A stretch of 64,000 nucleotides of DNA, from NCBI GenBank assembly GCA_964587625.1, contig CAZPLU010000002.1:45816-109815 (forward strand). The letters are read 5' to 3'. The translations under genes and the position numbers were made by a program. Below are positions 28,429 through 35,817 of this stretch, in pieces. Position 1 is the stretch's first letter. Each line of letters begins with the position of its first letter. The notes beneath the pieces are model-generated. The model had not been told where the DNA came from. It made no database searches and saw only the letters and a list, made by a program, of their open reading frames with translations. This DNA comes from an uncultured Eubacteriales bacterium (lineage in GTDB: Bacteria > Bacillota > Clostridia > Oscillospirales > JAKOTC01).

Positions 28429-29349
28429 ATGAAACTGGAGCGGCTGGTCGAGATCATCACGATCCTGCTGAACAAAAAGACCGTGACAGCGGCGGAGCTG
28501 GCCGGGCGGTTCGGCGTCTCGGTGCGCACGATCTACCGCGACGTCGAAGCGCTCTCGGCGGCGGGCGTCCCGGTCTGCACCGCGCAGGGGCAAAACGGCG
28601 GCATCTCGGTCATCGAGGGGTATGCGGTCAACCGGGCGCTGCTCTCCGATTCCGAGCGCGACAATATTTTGTTCGCATTGCATTCTTTACAAGCGACCAA
28701 ATACCCGGAGGTCGACGCGGTGCTTGAAAAACTCGGCACGATTTTCAAGAGTAACGCTTCCGACTGGATCTCGGTCGATTTTTCGCCCTGGGGCTCGAAC
28801 CCGAACGCCTACCACAAATTCACCGACATCAAGACCGCGATTTTGCATTGCAACGTGATCGAAATAGACTACCTGAACGCCCAGAACCAAAAATCCACCC
28901 GCCTTGTCGAACCGCTCCGGCTGGATTTCAAATATCAGGCGTGGTATTTATGGGGCTGGTGCCGCAAACGCGAGGACTACCGGATGTTCCGCATCTCGCG
29001 CGTCAAGCGGGTGCTCGTCACCGGCGAGATTTTCGACCGCTTCCGCAAACGCGACCCGAAGCCGCAAAAGGGCGGCGACGGCGAGGCCGGGCATAAACCG
29101 AACGTCCACTGCGTTCTGCAATTTACCGAAGAGGCGCTGTACCGCCTCTATGACGACTACGACGACGACCGAATCCGCGACAACGGCGACGGAACTTATA
29201 CGGTCGAGGTCGAATTTCCCGAGGACGGCTGGGTCTACGGCTATATCCTGTCGTTCGGGACCGCCGTCAAGGTGCTCTCCCCGCCCCATTTGCAAAAGAT
29301 CATCAGGGAGAAAAGCGGGAAAATTTTCGAATATTATCAGGATATATGA
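28429..29349 (+). CDS. HTH-WYL transcriptional regulator (YafY/PafBC-like architecture), copy 2
   Basis: MKLERLVEIITILLNKKTVTAAELAGRFGVSVRTIYRDVEALSAAGVPV, then ...RLVEPLRLDFKYQAWYLWGWCRKREDYRMFRISRV (literal WYL). CGGAGG RBS. Confidence 0.85.
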   Translation: MKLERLVEIITILLNKKTVTAAELAGRFGVSVRTIYRDVEALSAAGVPVCTAQGQNGGISVIEGYAVNRALLSDSERDNILFALHSLQATKYPEVDAVLEKLGTIFKSNASDWISVDFSPWGSNPNAYHKFTDIKTAILHCNVIEIDYLNAQNQKSTRLVEPLRLDFKYQAWYLWGWCRKREDYRMFRISRVKRVLVTGEIFDRFRKRDPKPQKGGDGEAGHKPNVHCVLQFTEEALYRLYDDYDDDRIRDNGDGTYTVEVEFPEDGWVYGYILSFGTAVKVLSPPHLQKIIREKSGKIFEYYQDI

Positions 29350-29356
29350 TAAACTG

Positions 29357-29380
29357 TTGTCAGGTCTGGCGTGGTAATAT
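29357..29380 (+). promoter_or_regulatory. TTGTCRKGT-N9-TAnnnT element, site D
   Basis: TTGTCAGGT-ctggcgtgg-TAATAT. It starts 7 nt after the WYL-2 stop and lies 36 nt before ATG 29417. Confidence 0.55.
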
Positions 29381-29416
29381 ATATAAAACAATATTGAGAA
29401 CTAAGAGGTAACAGTC

Positions 29417-30172
29417 ATGGGTAAAATGTGGACACCGTGGTCGGGTTGTTATCCGGCAAGTGAAGGTTGTAAATACTGTTATTTTTATGGTGAACATTCA
29501 AAGCGTCATAGGCAAAATGATGTTATAAAAACAAATGATTTTTACAAACCGCTTGAAACAATATATATGCCGCGTAAAAAGATCACGAAACTAAAAATTG
29601 AAAGCAGCGATAAAAATGTAGGCGTTTGTTTCGATTCAGATTTCTTTATAGAAGAAGCTGATGAATGGCGGAACGAAGCGTGGAGTATTATGAAAAAACG
29701 CCCCGATTTGACCTTTACTTTTTTAACAAAAAGAATCGACCGTTTTCACGTTTCACTCCCGGACGACTGGGGTGATGGGTACGATAATGTCCGAATAGGC
29801 TGTACGGTTGAAAATCAAGAAATGGCTGATTATCGAATGCCGCTGTATATATCTTTTCCTATCAAGCATCGGTTTGTTATATGCAGTCCATTACTCGGAA
29901 AAATAGACTTTACACCGTATTTACACCGAGTGGAATCGGTAGGCGTGCATGGCGAATCCGGCAGGGACGCGCGGGAGTGCGATTTTGGTTGGGTTCTCGA
30001 TATTAGAGAACAGTGTATCAATGCGGGCATTTCATTTGGTTTTGGAGGAACCGGTACGTTATTTCGCCGGGACGGAGAACTTCGTAAAATAAATCCTTAT
30101 ATGCAAAAACGCATGGCTCGTGAAATGGATATAAACATAGATTCAATATATGGTATCAATGACGTAGATTAA
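29417..30172 (+). CDS. DUF5131 (phage Gp37/Gp68-like, three-Cys motif) protein
   Basis: N-terminus MWTPWSGCYPASEGCKYCY (CX6CX2C) is typical of the Gp37/Gp68 family. The gene is visibly AT-rich compared with its neighbours. Confidence 0.7.
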   Translation: MGKMWTPWSGCYPASEGCKYCYFYGEHSKRHRQNDVIKTNDFYKPLETIYMPRKKITKLKIESSDKNVGVCFDSDFFIEEADEWRNEAWSIMKKRPDLTFTFLTKRIDRFHVSLPDDWGDGYDNVRIGCTVENQEMADYRMPLYISFPIKHRFVICSPLLGKIDFTPYLHRVESVGVHGESGRDARECDFGWVLDIREQCINAGISFGFGGTGTLFRRDGELRKINPYMQKRMAREMDINIDSIYGINDVD

Positions 30173-30216
30173 CGCCCGTATTTCAATGGTTTTGGATAGT
30201 TGTACATTGTGAACCG

Positions 30217-30237
30217 TTGTCAGGTTTGGTGTAATAC
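30217..30237 (+). promoter_or_regulatory. TTGTCAGGT element, site E (short-spacer variant)
   Basis: TTGTCAGGT-ttggtg-TAATAC, 20 nt before ATG 30258. The spacer is 3 nt shorter than in the other copies. Confidence 0.35.
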
Positions 30238-30257
30238 CGCTTTTTGAGGTGATGATA

Positions 30258-31007
30258 ATGGAATATTCGCGCGAACAGATTTTAGAGATCATGAATCATA
30301 GCCGGTATCCTCTCTCAAACAAATATAATTCTGATTGGATACTCCAAAACGCAATGGGGTCACATTGCCTTTGGCTGCAAGAATCATTGACGCAAGTCAT
30401 GAACTTAAAGCCTGATATGCGCGTGTTAGACATGGGTTGCGGAAAGGCCATCAGTTCAATTTTTCTCGCCAAAGAATTTGATGTCAGGGTATGTGCTGCC
30501 GATTTGCGAATCAGTCCCACCGATAACTGGAAACGGATTTGTGAAATGGGCCTTGAGGACAAGGTATTTCCTATCCGTGCCGACGCGAACGACCTGCCTC
30601 TCGCGGATCATTATTTTGATGTGATGGTAAGCATCAATTCTTTGTTTTTATATGCGACGGGAGAGACGTTTCTCAAAGAACATTTGTTGAGAAATATCAA
30701 GCCGGGCGGTGAAATCGGGATTATCGTCCCAAGTTTTCTGCGTGAATATTCCGATAACTACCCGGAAAGTTACAAACCATATATTGACGACTTTGGAATA
30801 AAAGGTTGGCATACAGAAGGGTGGTGGAAGAATCATCTTGAAAAAACAGGGCTGGTTGATGTAATCTTAGCGGATCATTTGGCTGAAAATGAGGGGAAAG
30901 AACTGTATCATAAATCGGCGTATATGTGGAACGCGCATGAAGAACCGTTTAATGTTGTCGCATGGGAAGATATAACCTTCGCAAGAATAATAGCAAAAAG
31001 AAAGTGA
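30258..31007 (+). CDS. Class I SAM-dependent methyltransferase
   Basis: Motif I VLDMGCGKAISSIFLA, then post-I AADL... and DVMVSINSL. AT-rich gene. Confidence 0.8.
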   Translation: MEYSREQILEIMNHSRYPLSNKYNSDWILQNAMGSHCLWLQESLTQVMNLKPDMRVLDMGCGKAISSIFLAKEFDVRVCAADLRISPTDNWKRICEMGLEDKVFPIRADANDLPLADHYFDVMVSINSLFLYATGETFLKEHLLRNIKPGGEIGIIVPSFLREYSDNYPESYKPYIDDFGIKGWHTEGWWKNHLEKTGLVDVILADHLAENEGKELYHKSAYMWNAHEEPFNVVAWEDITFARIIAKRK

Positions 31008-31164
31008 ATTGCATCGCTGGCTAACCCATGCTTTTGAAGTTGTACATCGTGCATTATTTTGGAGGTATTGTTATGCAGGAATATACTTATCATGATTTTT
31101 TAAATATTATCATGTGCAAGACAAAACGGTCTTTGCAATTTAAAATGAAAGTGAGGAATTAAAA

Positions 31165-31749
31165 ATGGCAAATACATCACCATTCGACAGCATGATCTCA
31201 ACGCTTCCCCAAGCCCTCAAAGACGAGATCACGCAAACCGATCAATCCTTAAAATCCCTGCGCCCGTTGAAATTCAAGCGTACCGTTGACCCGAAGGCAA
31301 AAAAGATCACCTATGTCGCCTCCGACTACGGCGTTTCCTACATGTTTAAAGTCACCGATGATGTGTTGGCGCACAATTTTCAATGGTACATCGTTTATAA
31401 CGGCAAACCGGAGACCTGGCACCGCAGAGCCGATTATATGGAAGAAACGCTTGTCTATATCGCTAAAAACGATTTTCCGTTGGCTGAACGCATTTATAAC
31501 GCGTTAAGAACCTGCCCCGGTCTTGATAATTGCTACGGCCAAAGATGTCTCGCGAGAACGGTTTATGCGTTTAACGGGCAGAAAAAGCTGACCTGCCACG
31601 GAAAAGTTGAACCAGGTTTTAATCATGAGGGTTTTCGTGACGCAAGGGAATTCTTCCGTTATTTTAACGAACTTGTAAAAGAAAAAATAGCCGACGGAGA
31701 GCCGCCGCCGGAAAAAATCATTGTGTGCAAAACAAAACGTTCGCTGTAA
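31165..31749 (+). CDS. Hypothetical protein carrying a C-terminal Cys module shared with the genes at 35810 and 40919
   Basis: 194-aa ORF with a GAGGAA RBS. C-terminal LRTCPGLDNCYGQRCLARTVYAFNGQKKLTCHGKVEPGF. Confidence 0.45.
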   Translation: MANTSPFDSMISTLPQALKDEITQTDQSLKSLRPLKFKRTVDPKAKKITYVASDYGVSYMFKVTDDVLAHNFQWYIVYNGKPETWHRRADYMEETLVYIAKNDFPLAERIYNALRTCPGLDNCYGQRCLARTVYAFNGQKKLTCHGKVEPGFNHEGFRDAREFFRYFNELVKEKIADGEPPPEKIIVCKTKRSL

Positions 31750-31787
31750 TGTAAAATATCGAACATTTTTATTATGCTCTTTAAAAG

Positions 31788-31822
31788 CTGACAGTCAGTT
31801 GTCAGGTTTGGCCTGATAAAAT
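31788..31822 (+). promoter_or_regulatory. TTGTCRKGT-N9-TAnnnT element, site F, with an inverted repeat
   Basis: CTGACA-gtcagt-TGTCAG (31788-31805). TTGTCAGGT-ttggcctga-TAAAAT (31799-31822), 30 nt before ATG 31853. Confidence 0.55.
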
Positions 31823-31852
31823 GGTATCATCAATTCGGAAAGGGTTTTGCAA

Positions 31853-32293
31853 ATGGAACCGAAAATCATCAAAAAGAAGCGGATGACCCTCGCGGGGCTC
31901 TGGGGCGACGGCAGAATGACCGCCGCGCTTTGGCAGGATTTTGAGGAAAAAGCCGAAAAATCCGGCTTCACCGCAGCCGACAGCTGCGGCTGGGAGATCC
32001 GCACCGACGGGGAGCCCGGATATGATTGCTTTGTCGGCTTTGCGGCCGGCGAAAAGGCCCCGGAAGGTTTTCAAGCGGTCACGCTCCCCGCCTCGGAATA
32101 CACAGCGTTCGACGTGATGGTCGCCAACGGTTATGCCAGCGAAAACGCCAACATGAACGCGTGGCTCGAGACCAATAAAGAGAAATACACGCAAGCCGAA
32201 CTCGACGGGAAAAAGTTCGTGCTCGAGTGTTACAGCGAGCGTTTCAAGCAAGGCATCGTCGAAATTTGGATCCCGTTAAACAAATCCATTTGA
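31853..32293 (+). CDS. GyrI-like small-molecule-binding domain protein
   Basis: 146 aa. MEPKIIKKKRMTLAGLWG... ending ...VEIWIPL, the usual GyrI-like/SbmC pattern. Confidence 0.7.
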   Translation: MEPKIIKKKRMTLAGLWGDGRMTAALWQDFEEKAEKSGFTAADSCGWEIRTDGEPGYDCFVGFAAGEKAPEGFQAVTLPASEYTAFDVMVANGYASENANMNAWLETNKEKYTQAELDGKKFVLECYSERFKQGIVEIWIPLNKSI

Positions 32294-32429
32294 TCTTTTT
32301 TACGCGGATTTTTCACCGGAAATGATCGGAGGCTGATGGAAAATGCGGACGCCCCTTCGATTTAATTTAGCGCGCCGCGCGGACGAACTGAAAAGAATAG
32401 TTTTTGAGAATGACAAAGGAGGGTTCATT

Positions 32430-33119
32430 ATGCAACCGGTAAAGTTTTTTCAAAAGGGCGAAATTCTGTTGGGGGGATTTCATGTCGGCTCGGATATAGA
32501 CAAACGCTGGGATAAATTCGGACAGGAAGAAGAAAAAGCGAAACTGACCAACATCGTGGATGGAACCGGCTTTGAAAGACGGGTTTATTCGTCAGACGGG
32601 ATAAATATTTTTACGGGTGTTGAAGTGACCGATAAAAATATATTGCCCAGCTACGAACTGCTGGTCATCCCTCCCGCTCATTATGCGGTGTTTGAAGTAA
32701 ATTGCAATGCCGACATAGATCGGCAATTTTCAGAGATCGATAGCTGGCTTGCCGACAATAAGAATCAGTACGGTCAAGTGAAGTGGGAAAATGGCGATGC
32801 GGCTTATCGGATTATTTGGTCTGGGCGATATGAAAAAGAAATGATCTGTGAGATGTGGATTCCCGTTTTCAGGTTCTGCCAATCCTGCGCCATGCCCATG
32901 ACCAAGCCGGAGGACTTCGGCACAGAAGCCGACGGAAGCAAAAGCAGTGATTACTGTTGCCACTGTTATCAGAACGGAAAATTCACTTGTGGGAACACAC
33001 TCGAAGAAGCCGTTGAAGAAAACATACGGTTCTGGCGCAAAGATGGTGATAAGAGCGACGACGAAGCGCGGGCGCGTATCATGGGGGTGTTCCCGAAACT
33101 CAAGAGGTGGGTGAAATGA
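32430..33119 (+). CDS. GyrI-like domain protein with a C-terminal zinc-ribbon
   Basis: The GyrI-like half ends CEMWIPV. Then FCQSCAMPM...SSDYCCHCYQNGKF (putative zinc ribbon). AAAGGAGGG RBS. Confidence 0.7.
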   Translation: MQPVKFFQKGEILLGGFHVGSDIDKRWDKFGQEEEKAKLTNIVDGTGFERRVYSSDGINIFTGVEVTDKNILPSYELLVIPPAHYAVFEVNCNADIDRQFSEIDSWLADNKNQYGQVKWENGDAAYRIIWSGRYEKEMICEMWIPVFRFCQSCAMPMTKPEDFGTEADGSKSSDYCCHCYQNGKFTCGNTLEEAVEENIRFWRKDGDKSDDEARARIMGVFPKLKRWVK

Positions 33120-33559
33120 TCTTAACACCCTACCTCATCGTGAAGGATATGGAAAAATCCCTTGCGTTTTACACGGCGTTTTTCGGAGCGGAACCGGATA
33201 CCTACTGTCCGGGGCGATTCGTTAATTTTGATGCAGGAAATACGCGCCTGTCTTTATATAATCCTCTATACGATGATTCGCTTTTCCAAAGCGGCGCTGA
33301 TCTTAGCGAAAAATTCAATGAAGCGTACATAGCGGCGAAACAGATGCCTGTGCAATACGGAAACAATGTTGTCTTGAATATCGGCGTCGATGATTTGGCA
33401 AGCGAATATGAGCGGGTAAAAAAGCTGGGGATCGGTGAAATGTCCGAATTGGTCTATATCAATATCGCCGCGCCCTATTGGTGTTTTTGGCTGACCGACC
33501 CGGACGGAAATTGCATTGAAATTACAGGCGCATATACGCCGGAGAGGAAATCATCATGA
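33116..33559 (+). CDS. VOC/glyoxalase family protein
   Basis: MILTPYLIVKDMEKSLAFYTAFFGAEP... ending WLTDPDGNCIEI. Its ATG overlaps the previous stop (ATGA). Confidence 0.7.
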   Translation: MILTPYLIVKDMEKSLAFYTAFFGAEPDTYCPGRFVNFDAGNTRLSLYNPLYDDSLFQSGADLSEKFNEAYIAAKQMPVQYGNNVVLNIGVDDLASEYERVKKLGIGEMSELVYINIAAPYWCFWLTDPDGNCIEITGAYTPERKSS

Positions 33560-33965
33560 CCGAACTCGAAAAAGTAAGCCAAGAAACCATGCGTTTCATG
33601 CGGGGGAAATATGGGCGGAAAATATGCGGATTTCATTCTGCGATGGTGTGCGTACCCGTTACCTTGAATCCGGGGAAAAACGCCCGGATAAGCACCAGCT
33701 TCTGCTTGATTTCGACGATGACTCGGCTATCGTCTGCTCGGTTCAGATGTACGGCGGCAGCCCTAAAATCCACATTAAAGGATATGCGTGACGGCGGCGG
33801 GCGCGATACCGAAAAAGACCTGTACGGCAAGCCGGGCGGCTACCAAACAACCCTATCGAGCAAAACACTGGCATATCCCTGCCGCGCCTGTGGCGACGGA
33901 TTAAAGCGTGAGGCGTATTTGGGCGGTAATATCTATTCTGCCCTACCTGCCAGCCGTTGGAGAGG
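33556..33965 (+). pseudogene. Chimeric remnant: 5' end of a 34548-like gene fused to internally deleted, frameshifted Fpg/Nei-like fragments
   Basis: Bases 33571-33613 repeat 34572-34614 (43 nt, 1 mismatch). Frame-2 FCDGVRTRYL...PDKHQLLLDFDDDSAIVCSVQMYGG matches the middle of the Fpg/Nei paralogs. DMRDGGGRDTEKDLYGKPGGY...YPCRACGDGLKREAYLGGNIY matches their C-termini. The H2TH region is missing and a 1-nt deletion breaks the last CxxC. Confidence 0.7.
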
Positions 33966-33975
33966 AAGTAGTTTT

Positions 33976-34551
33976 ATGAAACATACCGTAACAACCGAAT
34001 TTTTTGCGGCAGGGGAATTTCTTGTCCTAAAAGGAATCGTAAAACTGTACGATTCGGAGGATTCATCTATCCCTGCGAATGACGAAGAAACATGGGATAT
34101 AATCAGACGGTGGTTGAACGACGGCTCTGTTGACCGTTTAAAAAAAGCGGCGGGTTCCGACGCCGTGTATATATTATTTTGCAACACCTGTGTGCGTAAC
34201 GACGCCGAAAAATGTTACGACTGCTCGTGCGACATAGCCTGCGAAAACTTTGGCGGCGCGAATGCTGCGGACGGATATGAAATTGTCCGGCTGCTGCCGT
34301 GTGAATACGCTGTGTTCGACTGTGATTTCAACGGCGAAATTACAATGCCGAAAGCGCACGAGAAACCGGACGCTATGTTTTGGGGCGAATGGCTGAAAAA
34401 GAATCCGTATGTTTCCGCGATTGACGATCCCGCGAACTGGTTAGGCAACGGATATGCTTCGATTGAGCTTTACACGCCTTTCGACCCGGACGCGAATAAA
34501 TTTAACGCGAAGATATGGTATCCGATTGTCAGAAAGGAAGAAAATCCATGA
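33976..34551 (+). CDS. GyrI-like/effector-binding-domain-like protein (tentative)
   Basis: 191 aa starting MKHTVTTEFFAAGEFLVLKG and ending ...IELYTPFD...AKIWYPI. Its own RBS (GGAGAGGAAG) lies inside the remnant's 3' end. Confidence 0.5.
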   Translation: MKHTVTTEFFAAGEFLVLKGIVKLYDSEDSSIPANDEETWDIIRRWLNDGSVDRLKKAAGSDAVYILFCNTCVRNDAEKCYDCSCDIACENFGGANAADGYEIVRLLPCEYAVFDCDFNGEITMPKAHEKPDAMFWGEWLKKNPYVSAIDDPANWLGNGYASIELYTPFDPDANKFNAKIWYPIVRKEENP

Positions 34552-35168
34552 GCGGCAAAACCGAAATGCAGAAAGTCAGCCAAGAAACCATGCGTTTCAT
34601 GCGGGGGAAATATGCGCTGGATGAGTTCGGCAACGGAAAAGACCAGCTTGCTTTTATCGACGGCGACGAAACCGTGTTGACCATTGCCATACGAAACGGT
34701 TATTATGATTTTGCAGTTGGGCAAGAGGTCATACGGGTTGCCGATCTCGACGCGCTCGAAAAAGCCAAAGAGATGATCACGGCCGCAAAAAACCCCAACC
34801 GCAAGCCGTTCCCGAAAACCCATATTCATTTTTCCAATTGCGGGCATCGCTGCGATCTTTGCGTTCATTACAAAGGCGAGACCCCGGTCGGCGCCGAGGA
34901 GCGTGATTTTGTTTTAGAGTGTCACAAAGCAGTATACGGTGATTTTGTTTGGGAGATGAATTGCGGCGGCTGTCATTTTCCCGATTGTACCGTCGAAAGC
35001 GTGCATTGTAAAAAAGGGAAAGGCATTGATCGGTGTTGGGCCTGCGAAAATTATTCAACATGCCTGAAAACGGCGGGCTGGCCGCCTGAAATCCATACGC
35101 GCGCCATTACCGCAGATCAAGTGACACGGGCGATACTGCCTTATGTGAAAGGGCAATACGGAAATTAA
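34548..35168 (+). CDS. Hypothetical protein with a C-terminal DUF3795-like Cys-rich domain
   Basis: ATG overlaps the previous stop (ATGA). C-terminal half CGHRCDLCVHY...CGGCHFPDC...CWACENYSTC. Confidence 0.5.
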   Translation: MSGKTEMQKVSQETMRFMRGKYALDEFGNGKDQLAFIDGDETVLTIAIRNGYYDFAVGQEVIRVADLDALEKAKEMITAAKNPNRKPFPKTHIHFSNCGHRCDLCVHYKGETPVGAEERDFVLECHKAVYGDFVWEMNCGGCHFPDCTVESVHCKKGKGIDRCWACENYSTCLKTAGWPPEIHTRAITADQVTRAILPYVKGQYGN

Positions 35169-35193
35169 CGATAAAAACAGGAGGCGCAAAAAG

Positions 35194-35817
35194 ATGAACG
35201 TCAAATCCTATCTAACCGAAATCGCCGTACAAAACGGCCTTGCCGCAGAATCCATGCAATTCCCCGACTGCGAGATCGACCCCGCGAAAATCAAGGTCAT
35301 GATGATCAACGAAGTGGTGCCGAAAAACCCGGACGACTGGTTTTACAGCGAAGCCCGCGACCCTGAAAACAGGAGAAACGCGCTCGGCTTGTTCGAGGGC
35401 GCGGGCGTACCCGTCAAAAGCATGCGCGACATCCTCGATTTGGGCATCTATATCACCGCCGCTTTAAAAACCCCGAAAGTAGGTTCTGCAGCCGATCCCG
35501 AAGCCATCCGGGCGCAGCTCCCGCTGCTGGAAGCGGAACTCGCGCTGTTCCCGAACCTCAGGGTCATCATGCTCATGGGCGACGTGGCGATAAAAATGGT
35601 CAACATGATTGCGAAGGCGCAAACGAAAAAGAACGCCTGCCAATCGGGCGCGGCGGGCAGACGCCGGCATTGGGCTAACGAAAAATTTTATTGGAACGGC
35701 ATCCGCGTTTTTCCGTCCTATATCATGACCGGCAAGAACCTTCTGATCGAGCCGTTCAAACGCGACACGATTACGGAGGACATCCGCAAAATGATGGAGG
35801 TGATCAAGAATGTCTGA
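35194..35817 (+). CDS. Uracil-DNA glycosylase superfamily protein with divergent motifs (tentative)
   Basis: 207 aa. KVMMINEVVP stands where UDG motif A (GxxPG / GINPG) lies, and VFPSYIMTG where motif B (HPS...) lies. Length and spacing are consistent with the UDG fold. Confidence 0.5.
   Translation: MNVKSYLTEIAVQNGLAAESMQFPDCEIDPAKIKVMMINEVVPKNPDDWFYSEARDPENRRNALGLFEGAGVPVKSMRDILDLGIYITAALKTPKVGSAADPEAIRAQLPLLEAELALFPNLRVIMLMGDVAIKMVNMIAKAQTKKNACQSGAAGRRRHWANEKFYWNGIRVFPSYIMTGKNLLIEPFKRDTITEDIRKMMEVIKNV

Noticed and set aside
31073-31102. A 9-codon mini-ORF (MQEYTYHDF) with a strong GGAGG RBS in the AT-rich spacer before gene 31165.
   Set aside because: It is too short to evaluate and has no obvious attenuator structure. 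It could be a leader peptide or the remnant of a decayed gene, and the sequence alone does not support either.
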